Assembly: GCA_027623295.1 (NCBI GenBank)
Contig: JAQBXR010000006.1
Coordinates: 26,975 to 90,974, forward strand
Direction of reading: 5' to 3'
DNA length: 64,000 nt
From: Planctomycetota bacterium
Lineage (GTDB): Bacteria; Planctomycetota; UBA1135
Position 1 is the first letter of the stretch; the number at the start of each line of letters is the position of its first letter. This document shows positions 43,876 to 53,411 of this stretch, piece by piece. Below the pieces are notes generated by a model, which worked only from the letters and a program-made list of their open reading frames with translations, was not told the origin of the DNA and did no database searches. The position numbers and the translations under genes are program-made.

Positions 43876-45837
43876 ATGAAACCTTGGACCCAAAGACTTT
43901 TTGCGCTGCTTGGCGGCGCATCCTTCGCCAGCATCATTGTTAGCTTGCTCGGTGGTAGTGCGCATCCGTGGTACGAGGTTTTGCTTCCGATTTGGCTGGG
44001 TAACTTGCTCCTCGCGGGTGGGCTTTTTGCACTACTCTTGCTTTTGGCGCCGGTTGCGGTTTTCCGTAAATGCTTTCCAGCAACGCCCAAGTGGATGTGG
44101 TTCACGTTCTTAGCTGGGTTGGTGCCTAGTCTCGGCCCACTCGGAGTGCCGAGCGTGTTGTTTTTTCCGCTCGCCCTCGTTTTGATCTTCGTGGTCATGC
44201 GTTTACGAAATGCCTTGCGCGCGTTTCCTGCGGCCCTTACCACAAGCCTGACCGTGCTGGTGTTCTTCGCTTCCTTGGGAGGTGGTTATTGGAATCACCT
44301 GCAGCTGCGCTTGCTCAACGATGAAATCAGTAGCCCAACCTTGGTTTCGAATCCGAGTGCTAAAGCCTTTCAAGCGCCAGATATCATTCTGATTTCGCTC
44401 GACACCTTGCGCGCCGATGCCGTGACCGGACCGCGTGAACCAGCCTATCGTTTGCCTTTCTTCGATGGCATGCAGAACTCGGGCAACTGGTGGGATTACT
44501 CCTATTCTTCCAGCAATCAAACTCTGCCTGGGCACGCTTCCATGTTGTCCGGCCACGATGCCCTATCCAGTGGCGTGCGCTTCAACTTCAATCACTTGCC
44601 GGGTCCCGAAGAGCTTCCTTTGGTCTCCGAGTACTTGCAAGATGCCGGCTATCAAACCGCTGGCGTAATTTCGAATGCGCTCATCGCCGGTGACATGGGA
44701 TTCTCCCGTGGTTATGACCTTTACGATGACAGCACCACGCCACGGTTTGGCCCACGTACTGCGTGTGCTGCGTATTTGGCTGGACGCACTTGGACAGGTC
44801 ATTTGGTGCCGAGCGGCATAACCGAAAGAGTGTTGTCCATGCTTTCCTTCCGCGCCTTGCGTCGCCCACCACGCTCCATGGACGGCATTGGCATGGAACA
44901 ACGTGGTTTGGTCACCACCACCCAAGCTAAGGAAGTTTTGGACCAGCTGTTCGCTACCGAGCAACCCTACTTTTTCTTCCTTCATTACCTCGATGCGCAT
45001 CATCCGTATGGAGCGCCGGCGCCGTATCGCGGTATGCTGACTGCAGACTTGCCGCCGCTTGCCAAGCGATATCGCGGTCCGGAAAAGAGTCAGGGCATGA
45101 TTGGTTTGGACCAGCTCAACATCATGAAGGCTGATTTGCGCAGTGAAGATCCTGTGGTGCACGCGGAAGCGGTAGCAGGGGCAGAATTTTACCGTCAGAT
45201 GTATTTGGAAAACGTCATGTACCTGGATTCTCAGCTCGAGGAAGTACGTCAATACGTAGAGAAATCCGGGCGCCCAACTTTGTGGCTCATCACCGGCGAC
45301 CACGGCGAGCAGTTTGCCGAAAACGACTCCTTAGTTCATGGCAATCACCTCTACCAAGATTCGGTACGAGTTCCATTCCTGCTCTCTGGCCCTGGCATTG
45401 AGGCCGGTGTGCAACGCCAAGGCATTCCCGATGTCGCCGATGTCGCCCCAACCCTGCTGGAATATGCAGGCCTAGAAGTGCCTGCCGATATGACCGGCCG
45501 TTCGGTACTTGGCTCCGAGGCCTTGCCGAGCATCGTCCACGTGCTACAGGACGATGTCCGCCTCATGGTGCGCTATGGCAATCAAAAGCTCATTGCAAAA
45601 CGCACCGGCGATGGCTTCGAGGTCACCGCTGTGTACGACTTAGCGACCGATCCGGAAGAGCTGCAAAACCTGATTGGCCAAGCCGATTTCGAGATTCAGC
45701 TGGTCGCCATATTGGAAGAGCAACTGCTGCGTGACCGTTTTGTCGATCGCGGCGGAGTGTTGTCGGCAGAACAAACCGCTGCTTTGGGTGACTTGGGCTA
45801 CGTCGACTCCGCTGAAGAAGACGAACACCAGCACTAA
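43876..45837 (+). CDS. Membrane-anchored sulfatase-like hydrolase/transferase (alkaline-phosphatase superfamily)
   Basis: ~170-aa polytopic N-domain, then DIILISLDTLRADA, SSSNQTLPGHASMLSG (no CxPxR sulfatase signature) and ITGDHGEQF. Confidence 0.8.
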   Translation: MKPWTQRLFALLGGASFASIIVSLLGGSAHPWYEVLLPIWLGNLLLAGGLFALLLLLAPVAVFRKCFPATPKWMWFTFLAGLVPSLGPLGVPSVLFFPLALVLIFVVMRLRNALRAFPAALTTSLTVLVFFASLGGGYWNHLQLRLLNDEISSPTLVSNPSAKAFQAPDIILISLDTLRADAVTGPREPAYRLPFFDGMQNSGNWWDYSYSSSNQTLPGHASMLSGHDALSSGVRFNFNHLPGPEELPLVSEYLQDAGYQTAGVISNALIAGDMGFSRGYDLYDDSTTPRFGPRTACAAYLAGRTWTGHLVPSGITERVLSMLSFRALRRPPRSMDGIGMEQRGLVTTTQAKEVLDQLFATEQPYFFFLHYLDAHHPYGAPAPYRGMLTADLPPLAKRYRGPEKSQGMIGLDQLNIMKADLRSEDPVVHAEAVAGAEFYRQMYLENVMYLDSQLEEVRQYVEKSGRPTLWLITGDHGEQFAENDSLVHGNHLYQDSVRVPFLLSGPGIEAGVQRQGIPDVADVAPTLLEYAGLEVPADMTGRSVLGSEALPSIVHVLQDDVRLMVRYGNQKLIAKRTGDGFEVTAVYDLATDPEELQNLIGQADFEIQLVAILEEQLLRDRFVDRGGVLSAEQTAALGDLGYVDSAEEDEHQH

Positions 45838-45858
45838 GCCATCAAGCCGGGCGAAGGC

Positions 45859-46935
45859 CTAGTTTTGCGGCTTGACTTGCTTCAGAAAACGTGGGTCATG
45901 CACAAATCCATTTAAGGATTCTTCGCTCACATAACCAGCCGCTAGGAGGTCGGCTTGCAAAGTGGTTGATCTTTCTGGAATGACGCCTTCGATGACCCAA
46001 TCCTCGGGGCCAACGATTTCTAAACGTACCGGGCGCATGGCAGCAATGTCATGTAGCTCCAGCTCATAGAGCAAGCGGAAGATTTCGCGGGGGTCAGAGG
46101 AAACGTCACCTGCTAGGGTCAAAAGCTCGCCTTGAGGCACGCCTTCGGAGCGCACGATGCCGTTTTTCTGTGGTTGAAAATCACGCGTTTTACGTAAGCA
46201 ACGGCGACTCTGGCGGTGCAAAATCGTGCCTGCCCAAAGCAAGGCCAGGCGCAAGAGCTCCTCATTGTTTTCGCGTAATCGCAGCTCCTTGCGATAGGCC
46301 TCGAGCATGGGTTTGGCGAACATCAGACGTCGGCGGAGGGTGAATCCACCTAGGAAGTGCACCCAATCGCGGCTTCGGTCGGTTGCTGAGGAGGGCGCTG
46401 TGCCGACATGCGCATGCCCCAAATCTAACGGCAAAAGTAGGCCAGAGGCGGTTAGCAACATGTCGTTGGGGCTGAGGTCGGCATCGGTCCAGCCGAGTTG
46501 ATGCAGCGCAGCTATGCCGGCACCCACTGCCTCCGCATCGACGGCCTGCCAGGCTTCTCCACGGCGTCCGTCGAACCACTGGCGGGCGAAACAACCGCGT
46601 GCGGAGTCGAGTTGCTCGGCAATTGTGTAGCCGAGGAGCTCCTGAAGCGCTGGCCAGCGTTCACTGAGCAGTTGCCAGTTCCTGGATTCTCGAGCCAAGG
46701 GAGGACGTCGTAAGCATGCGCGAATGGCCTCAAAGGACCGTTCTGGGGCATCTAGCTTTAAAATCCAATTATGGCCTTCATCGGCAAGCATAAACACTGA
46801 GCGGCGAGCAGAGAGGCGCAATAGTTTCCCCTCGCCAGTCGCTGCCATTTCAAGCAAGCGACATAATCTTTTGGAGCGCGGTTTTCTGCCATCTGCCGTA
46901 AACCTTGCCATATTCTCCCTGGCCATTGGATGCAC
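45859..46935 (-). CDS. Protein-kinase-fold protein, LPS core kinase (Kdo/WaaP)-like
   Basis: ALHQLGWTDADLSPNDMLL (catalytic-loop-like D..N) and LLPLDLGHA (DxG). Divergent from lptF. GTG start uncertain (ATG at 46926 or 46911 possible). Confidence 0.45.
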   Translation of the reverse strand: MHPMARENMARFTADGRKPRSKRLCRLLEMAATGEGKLLRLSARRSVFMLADEGHNWILKLDAPERSFEAIRACLRRPPLARESRNWQLLSERWPALQELLGYTIAEQLDSARGCFARQWFDGRRGEAWQAVDAEAVGAGIAALHQLGWTDADLSPNDMLLTASGLLLPLDLGHAHVGTAPSSATDRSRDWVHFLGGFTLRRRLMFAKPMLEAYRKELRLRENNEELLRLALLWAGTILHRQSRRCLRKTRDFQPQKNGIVRSEGVPQGELLTLAGDVSSDPREIFRLLYELELHDIAAMRPVRLEIVGPEDWVIEGVIPERSTTLQADLLAAGYVSEESLNGFVHDPRFLKQVKPQN

Positions 46936-46964
46936 CGCCCTAGAGTACCAGATACGATTCGCTC

Positions 46965-48050
46965 ATGATTCTTGCACGGTCTTATCTCTGGGAGATCCTG
47001 CAGCGCCTGGTCATGGTGCTGACGGGGGTGGTCTTCCTGATTGGACTCGGCGCCGCGATTCGTGCATCTTCCACTAGCCAAGGTGCGCCGCTTTGGGTTC
47101 CCTTAAGTTTGGTGCCGCTCATTATTGGCCAGGCACTGCCGTACTTTTTCCCGGTGGTTTTACTCATCGGGGTCGTGCTGACTTATGGGCGCATGGCTTC
47201 TAACTTGGAACATATCTCTGCCTTCGCCGCGGGATATCGGCCCATGCGATTGCTCACTGCCGCCATGTTGGCTGGACTCATGGTGTTTACCGTGAGCTAT
47301 CCCATCACCGCAGAAGTGGTGCCCAGTTTGTATCAGCAAATGCGCGGCCTATTGAATCGTGTTCCGGTAGCTGCCTTGGAGAACACCAATCCGGGCTCGA
47401 GTGAACTGCAATACGCCGGTCTCTATTTGTCGTGGCAAGGGCGGAGCGGGCCGGGAGTTTTTCATAACGTTCTGCTCAGCTTGGAGGGCCCGAACGAAGG
47501 CGAAGGCAATGGTGGAGAGGAGCTTCGTTTACGCGCGAACACCGCACGTATGACGGTCGATGGCAACAATCTCGGCTTCAACTTCGACGGCCTTCGCACC
47601 TTCCGTGACTCCCGAGGATTGTTCTCTAATCCCGAGAAAACCTGGCTAGTCTTCAATTTAGAGGAAATCCAGAAATCGCGCGATGATGAGGTTCGAGCCA
47701 AGGATTTGCCCTCTTCACGCATTCTTGAAGTCCTTGCCGATGGCAGTTTAGCCCCCGAACGCCACTCGCATTTCCGTTTTATTTATTGGCAACGGTGGTC
47801 CATGTGCTTCGCCACCTTACCGCTTGCATTCATTGGTGCACTGCTGGGTTGGCGGTTACGTAAAGGCGGTTTCCTCGCAGGATTTGCCGCCTCCCTCATG
47901 TTGTTGCTGTTCGTGTTTTACCCAGTATTTTACTTGTGCGATAACCTCGAGGAGAGCGGCAGTTTGAACATCTACGTTGCAGCTTGGTTGCCATCGCTGA
48001 TCATGGTTCCGATTGCGGCTTTGCTCTACTCAAGGGTGTCGCGCGTCTAA
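46965..48050 (+). CDS. lptF: LPS export ABC permease LptF (YjgP/YjgQ family)
   Basis: MILARSYLWEILQRLVMVLTGVVFLIGLG, 6 TM helices with a large periplasmic loop. Followed by a paralogue with a TAATG overlap. Confidence 0.8.
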   Translation: MILARSYLWEILQRLVMVLTGVVFLIGLGAAIRASSTSQGAPLWVPLSLVPLIIGQALPYFFPVVLLIGVVLTYGRMASNLEHISAFAAGYRPMRLLTAAMLAGLMVFTVSYPITAEVVPSLYQQMRGLLNRVPVAALENTNPGSSELQYAGLYLSWQGRSGPGVFHNVLLSLEGPNEGEGNGGEELRLRANTARMTVDGNNLGFNFDGLRTFRDSRGLFSNPEKTWLVFNLEEIQKSRDDEVRAKDLPSSRILEVLADGSLAPERHSHFRFIYWQRWSMCFATLPLAFIGALLGWRLRKGGFLAGFAASLMLLLFVFYPVFYLCDNLEESGSLNIYVAAWLPSLIMVPIAALLYSRVSRV

Positions 48051-49114
48051 TGCAACGTTTCGATCGCTATGTGCTGCGCGCTTTCCTTGGCCAATGGGTG
48101 GTTGTTGGTTGCGCCTTTTTGGGTTTGTTCACGGTGCTGGAAATCCTCGGTAAGGCCGATGAATTCCAAGAAGCACTGGCTATCGAAGAACTCGCGCTTT
48201 CAGGTGGTGACATCTTTTATTACTACCTGCTCAACCTGCCGTTTTTGTTGTTGCAGTTCGCGCCTTACATCACCTTGATTGCTGGTTTGGGCACCGTGGC
48301 TCAATTGTTGCGCAATCGGGAGTGGACTCCCATCTTGGTTGCCGGCCGCGCGACATGGCGTGCCTTCCTCCCCATATTTTTTGCCACCGCACTCATTTCT
48401 ATCGGATTAGGGCTATTCCGCGAGTTCAACTTGCCAGATTATTTGCGTGCGCATGAAGGCTTGCAGCGCCAACTGTTCAACCAAATCCGCTGGCAGCCGA
48501 AAGATCTGTGGGCCCGCGGCGAAGGCGACGTCCGTCTGCATGCGACTCGCTTTACCCCAGGCGAAACTCCAGTTATTGACGGCTTGGAAGTGTTCGCTCT
48601 CGATGCTTCTGGGAACGATGAGCGGGTGCTCGCCGACCGAGCGGTGTGGGCGAGAGGCGCTTGGCAATTGGAGAATGGACTGCGGATTTACAACAAAGGG
48701 GAACAGAAGATGGACCGCTATTTTCATGCTGGATTGGCGCCCACCGACCTCGAACGCTCTTATTTCGCTCATAATCGGCCGCTCGATCTCAGCGCCCAAG
48801 ACTTAAAAGCGCTGCTCCGTGGGGACCCTGATCATCGTCAGGCCGAAACTTTGCTGTGGAGGTTACGCCTGTGGCCCCTGATTCCTCTGATTTTGCTCGC
48901 CCTCGGCCTGCCCTTTGCGCTCAGTTTTGAACGACGCAGCTCCCTGGAGGGGGTAGCCACGGGCTTATTGCTCTGTGCGCTCTACTTTGTGGTCGATTTG
49001 CTCATGCTCGACTTCGGCGGACGCGGCGCCCTGAGCCCATGGCTGGCTGGAAGTGCTCCGGTGTTGCTTTTTGGCAGTCTCGGGATGTGGTCCTTTGGCC
49101 GAATGCCGAATTAG
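48050..49114 (+). CDS. lptG: LPS export ABC permease LptG (YjgP/YjgQ family)
   Basis: MQRFDRYVLRAFLGQWVVVGCAFLGLFTVLEIL. Same topology as lptF. Start moved to ATG 48050. Confidence 0.8.
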   Translation: MQRFDRYVLRAFLGQWVVVGCAFLGLFTVLEILGKADEFQEALAIEELALSGGDIFYYYLLNLPFLLLQFAPYITLIAGLGTVAQLLRNREWTPILVAGRATWRAFLPIFFATALISIGLGLFREFNLPDYLRAHEGLQRQLFNQIRWQPKDLWARGEGDVRLHATRFTPGETPVIDGLEVFALDASGNDERVLADRAVWARGAWQLENGLRIYNKGEQKMDRYFHAGLAPTDLERSYFAHNRPLDLSAQDLKALLRGDPDHRQAETLLWRLRLWPLIPLILLALGLPFALSFERRSSLEGVATGLLLCALYFVVDLLMLDFGGRGALSPWLAGSAPVLLFGSLGMWSFGRMPN

Positions 49115-49157
49115 GCGAAAATTCAGGCAGGACATCGTGGGTCGAGTGCGTCAGAAT

Positions 49158-50390
49158 ATGCTCATGCGACGTCTCACTGTCCTACTTCTCGCCTCCGCAT
49201 GGTCCTGCCAAGCGGTCACCCTTGAAGATGGGGATACCGAATTTCGCCGGGCTAACTTCCACAAGGCCCTAAATATTTACACTCAGCTGCCTGCTGACGA
49301 TCAGAACGCCGCGCGCATCGAGCGCACCCGCTATTTCCTCATGGAGCAGAATACGCGGGAATTGTTGCACCTGAGTCGCCCAGAAGATGCGGCCACCATG
49401 TTGGATTTTCTGACGCCGATCACTCCAGCCGATCGCGCAGAGGAGCTTTTACGTTTACGTGCCCGCACCGAGCTTCAAATTTCCGAGCGCTACTACAACA
49501 TTGGCTACGAGTACTCCGAGGCGAACAATCCGGAAGCTGCATCGGAGGCCCTACGTGTTTCGCTGAGCTGGAATCCAAACCACGAAAACTCGCAAAAGTT
49601 GCTGGTAAAGACGGATGATTGGCTCGAGGTACAAGAGCAGATCGGTGAAGACTTTTACTTCCAGGGCATGGAGCACTTGCGCACTCATGAAGATCTTCGC
49701 GCGCGTACTTCCTTTATGCACGCCGCAAGCATGCTGGGAGAGGAATCCCTGGCGCAGTCGCGTTTGGAAGGCGTCACTTTGCAACTTGCCGAGGAAAGCC
49801 GTGCGCTTGGACGCATGTACCTAGAGGCTGGTTTGACCGGTCCAGCATGGGTGGCCATTTTGGACAGCATGCATCTCGATCCAACCAATTCAGAAACCAT
49901 GGAATTGGTGCAGGCGATTGAAGATCAAGTCCACAGTGAAGCCGCGCTCTCTTCCGCAGACTTGGCGACCCGTGGTGGTGCCGTCGAAGCGGCCTACGCC
50001 CTGCTAGCTGAAGCACGGGTTCTTGGCGTAACGCAGCACTTACAGCGTTTAGTGGAGCTTTCCGAAGCCAACCAAGATGCTGAGAACCAAAAGCGTTATC
50101 GTCGTGCGCGCGCCTATGAGTTGGACAACCAAATGGTCCACGCTTACGAGCAGTATCAGGCAATTAAGGAAGATGAAGGCGGATTCGGTTGGGAAGATGT
50201 GTTGGTACGCATACAAGCTCTGGAATCCCGTTTGGGACAAGCCGGCGAAGCCTATGACCGCGCCATAAGTGCAGAAGCTGCAGGCAATCAAGCCGTATAC
50301 GCCGAAGCACTCACCGAGGCCTTGCACTTGTCCGTCGACTTCAAAGATGTCCGCGCGCGCTTCCTTGCGTTGCCGAGCACCGGCGAATAG
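49158..50390 (+). CDS. Secreted helical-repeat (TPR-like) protein of unknown function
   Basis: Signal peptide MLMRRLTVLLLASAWSCQA and an all-alpha repeat character. Start moved to ATG 49158. Confidence 0.55.
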   Translation: MLMRRLTVLLLASAWSCQAVTLEDGDTEFRRANFHKALNIYTQLPADDQNAARIERTRYFLMEQNTRELLHLSRPEDAATMLDFLTPITPADRAEELLRLRARTELQISERYYNIGYEYSEANNPEAASEALRVSLSWNPNHENSQKLLVKTDDWLEVQEQIGEDFYFQGMEHLRTHEDLRARTSFMHAASMLGEESLAQSRLEGVTLQLAEESRALGRMYLEAGLTGPAWVAILDSMHLDPTNSETMELVQAIEDQVHSEAALSSADLATRGGAVEAAYALLAEARVLGVTQHLQRLVELSEANQDAENQKRYRRARAYELDNQMVHAYEQYQAIKEDEGGFGWEDVLVRIQALESRLGQAGEAYDRAISAEAAGNQAVYAEALTEALHLSVDFKDVRARFLALPSTGE

Positions 50391-51182
50391 TTGACTCGCG
50401 TTGCTGCACTTCCGTTTGACGTGCGTCCCGGGGAGGTCGCCGTCAACCTCGCCGTGGTGCTGCATGCGGTGGATCGTTGCATTGCGGCCGGAGTGCAGCT
50501 CTTAGTTCTGCCTGAGAAATGGACGACCTCGTTCTTGCCAGAATTTTCAGCCGCAATGCGTGCACAGAGCGATGCTGCCTTGGAGACCGTGCATGCACGC
50601 GCAGAAAAAGGTGGGCTGATCGTGGTCGGTTCCGCACCCGGTGGGGAAGGCGACAAACCGAGCAATGCACTTCATATGCTTGGTGCTGCCGGCAACTTGC
50701 GCCCTTATCGGAAACGTATGTTGTTTTCGCCGACGGGGGAAGGACGTCAAGTCGAGCGCGGAGAAACGCAACCAGTTGCCATCGATACGCCGACCGGCAA
50801 AATCATCGGCGTCATCTGCTATGATTTGCGCTTCCCAGAAATTTGTCGCGAAGCCATGTACCAAGAGGCCGATATCCTCATTTGTTGCGCGCAGTGGCCG
50901 TGGCCGCGGGTGCCAGTGTTCGAACTTATGAGCCGGGCTCGTGCCGCCGAAAACCAAATCTGGACCCTGTCCTGCAATCGCGCCGGCGAAGCCTCCCTTG
51001 GCAATGGCGACCCGATGCGCTTTCCAGGTTCGGCCTTGGTCATCGACCCGCTCGGTGAAGTCCATGAGCGCATCGACGACGGCGGCCTCTTGATTACCGA
51101 GATTGATTTAGACGTCGCTGCCAAGGTTCGCAAAAACGTGCCTCTAGCCCGAGACTTGAAAAAGGCTGGGCTTTGGCCCTAA
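50391..51182 (+). CDS. Carbon-nitrogen hydrolase (nitrilase superfamily; omega-amidase-like)
   Basis: Glu-Lys-Cys triad context: LLVLPEKW, YRKRMLF, GVICYDLRFPE. TTG start. Confidence 0.8.
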   Translation: MTRVAALPFDVRPGEVAVNLAVVLHAVDRCIAAGVQLLVLPEKWTTSFLPEFSAAMRAQSDAALETVHARAEKGGLIVVGSAPGGEGDKPSNALHMLGAAGNLRPYRKRMLFSPTGEGRQVERGETQPVAIDTPTGKIIGVICYDLRFPEICREAMYQEADILICCAQWPWPRVPVFELMSRARAAENQIWTLSCNRAGEASLGNGDPMRFPGSALVIDPLGEVHERIDDGGLLITEIDLDVAAKVRKNVPLARDLKKAGLWP

Positions 51183-51255
51183 GGGGGGTCGGAACCAGGG
51201 GCTGAGATGCCTGTACAATGCCTGTTCCAGAGGCCCGTCATCCCCGGAATAAAGA

Positions 51256-52437
51256 ATGTCTGAAGTGTTCCTCGTTAGTGCCTGTCGCACACCCATCGGC
51301 CGCTTTTTGGGCGGTCTTTCTACGCTCCGTGCCCCAGAATTGGGCGGATTGGCAATAAAAGAAGCCCTCGCACGGGCTGGAATCAATGGCGATGTCGTCG
51401 ACGAGGTCATCATGGGCAATGTGCTGCAGGCTGGTATTGGGCAAAACCCGGCACGTCAGGCCATGCGCGCTGGCGGAATCCCAGACAGCGTGGCTCCTTT
51501 CACCGTGAACATGGTTTGCGGTTCAGGTTTGAAGGCTGTCATGTTGGCGGCACAAGCCATCAAGGCGGGCGATAAGCACATCGTCGTTTGTGGCGGCATG
51601 GAATCCATGAGCCAGGCGCCTTATTTGCTGCCGGCCGCACGTCAAGGCGCGCGTTTGGGCGATTCCAAAATGGTCGATGCCATGATCCACGACGGACTGT
51701 GGGATCACTCTTCCAACAAACACATGGGCATGACTGGCGAGCTGGTTGCCGATGAGTACGGCATCACCCGCGAAATGCAGGACACCTTCGCTGCAGAATC
51801 TCACCGTCGCGCTGCCGATGCATGGGAAAACGGCCGCTTCGATGCTGAGACTTTCGATGTGGAAGTGCCGCAAGGGCGCAAGGATCCAATCGTGATCTCG
51901 CGCGATGAAGGCATTCGCGCCGACACCACTGTTGAATCCCTGGGCAAAATGCGCGCGGCCTTCACCAAAGAAGGCTCGGTGACTGCGGGCAACGCATCGC
52001 AAATCTCTGATGGCGCTTCTGCCGTAGTGGTTGCATCGGCAGCTGCGGTTAAGAAGTACGGATTGAAGCCATTGGCTAAGATCACCGGTTACTCCGAAGG
52101 TGGCATGGCTCCGGAGTGGGTCATGATGGCGCCAAAGGTTGCGGTTGAGAATTTCGAGAAGAAGACTGGCATGAGCCGTCACGATTTCGATCTACTTGAA
52201 ATCAACGAAGCTTTTGCATCGGGCGCTTGTGCGCTCACCAAAACTTTGGGATTGGACTCTGCAAAGATCAACGTCAATGGCGGCGCAACCGCACTCGGTC
52301 ACCCGATTGGTGCCAGCGGCGCGCGCATTTTGACCACTTTGGTTTACGCATTGAAGGATCGCGGTTTGAAGACTGGCCTTGCAACTTTGTGCCTCGGTGG
52401 AGGAAACGCCGTCGCAGCATCCATCGAACTTGTTTAG
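51256..52437 (+). CDS. Acetyl-CoA C-acetyltransferase (thiolase II)
   Basis: VSACRTPIGRFLGG, NMVCGSGLKAV (Cys nucleophile), NVNGGATALGHPIGASG, LCLGGGNAVA. Confidence 0.92.
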   Translation: MSEVFLVSACRTPIGRFLGGLSTLRAPELGGLAIKEALARAGINGDVVDEVIMGNVLQAGIGQNPARQAMRAGGIPDSVAPFTVNMVCGSGLKAVMLAAQAIKAGDKHIVVCGGMESMSQAPYLLPAARQGARLGDSKMVDAMIHDGLWDHSSNKHMGMTGELVADEYGITREMQDTFAAESHRRAADAWENGRFDAETFDVEVPQGRKDPIVISRDEGIRADTTVESLGKMRAAFTKEGSVTAGNASQISDGASAVVVASAAAVKKYGLKPLAKITGYSEGGMAPEWVMMAPKVAVENFEKKTGMSRHDFDLLEINEAFASGACALTKTLGLDSAKINVNGGATALGHPIGASGARILTTLVYALKDRGLKTGLATLCLGGGNAVAASIELV

Positions 52438-52461
52438 TAAGTAGCACTAACTTTTAGAAAC

Positions 52462-53319
52462 ATGACTGATTCCCTCAAAGTAGCCGTCATCGGTGCCGGC
52501 ACCATGGGCAATGGCATTGCTCAAACCTTCGCAACCTTCGGCCACCACGTGACCCTGATTGAAGTAGGGCAAGATGGCCTGGATCGCGGCTTGGCTGCCA
52601 TCCGCAAATCCTTAGACCGCTTCGTTAAGAAGGAGAAGATGACCCAGGAAGAGACCGATGCCATCTTCAAGCGCATTTCCGGCTCTCTCGATATGGCAGG
52701 CGCCGTCTCTAATGTCGACATGGTGGTCGAAGCCGTGTTCGAGAACGAGCAGGTGAAGAAGGACATCTTTAAGGTGCTTGATAAAGCTGCACCGGCTGGT
52801 TGCATTCTTGCATCCAACACCAGTTCCATTTCCATCACCTCGATTGCAAGCGTGACTTCGCGTCCCGAGTCGGTGGTGGGCATGCACTTCATGAACCCTG
52901 TGCCGCTCATGAAGTTGGTCGAGCTCATCAAAGGTGAGAAGACTTCCGAGGAAGTGGTTGCGAAGACCAAGGCGATTGCAGAGGCGATTGGCAAGACTGT
53001 GGGCGTGTCTGAGGACTACGCCGGTTTCGTCGCCAACCGCATTCTTATGCCGATGCTCAACGAAGCTGCGTTCACCCTTTACGAAGGCATTGCAACGCGC
53101 GAAGACATCGACACCATTATGAAGCTGGGCATGAACCACCCGATGGGGCCGCTGGCTCTAGCCGACTTCATCGGCATTGATGTTTGCGTGAACATTTTGG
53201 ATTACCTCTACGAGCAGTTCGGCGATTCCAAATTCCGTTGCGCGCCTAACATGCGCCGCATGGTAGAAGCAGGCAAGCTTGGCCGTAAGGCTGGCGAAGG
53301 CTTTTACGACTACCGTTAG
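52462..53319 (+). CDS. hbd: 3-hydroxybutyryl-CoA dehydrogenase
   Basis: VAVIGAGTMGNGIAQ Rossmann motif, SNTSSISIT, HFMNPVPLMKLVE, GMNHPMGPLALADFIG. Confidence 0.92.
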   Translation: MTDSLKVAVIGAGTMGNGIAQTFATFGHHVTLIEVGQDGLDRGLAAIRKSLDRFVKKEKMTQEETDAIFKRISGSLDMAGAVSNVDMVVEAVFENEQVKKDIFKVLDKAAPAGCILASNTSSISITSIASVTSRPESVVGMHFMNPVPLMKLVELIKGEKTSEEVVAKTKAIAEAIGKTVGVSEDYAGFVANRILMPMLNEAAFTLYEGIATREDIDTIMKLGMNHPMGPLALADFIGIDVCVNILDYLYEQFGDSKFRCAPNMRRMVEAGKLGRKAGEGFYDYR

Positions 53320-53411
53320 TTACGGATTGATTTCTAACGGGACGGCAACGGAGCTGAAAGCCGGAATCTCTCCCAGCCTCGGCCGTGCGCTTTTGCACTG
53401 ACTCTAGCGGC

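Noticed and set aside
44563-45303. 246-aa minus-strand ORF inside the sulfatase-like gene
   Set aside because: Antisense shadow ORF. The plus-strand frame carries the conserved DTLRADA / NQTLPGH / DHGEQF motifs.
51523-52182. 219-aa minus-strand ORF inside the thiolase gene, plus similar antisense ORFs at 50547-51065, 52521-53139 and 57026-57607
   Set aside because: All lie opposite strongly conserved metabolic enzymes (thiolase, C-N hydrolase, hbd, ACAD) and show low-complexity, motif-free translations.
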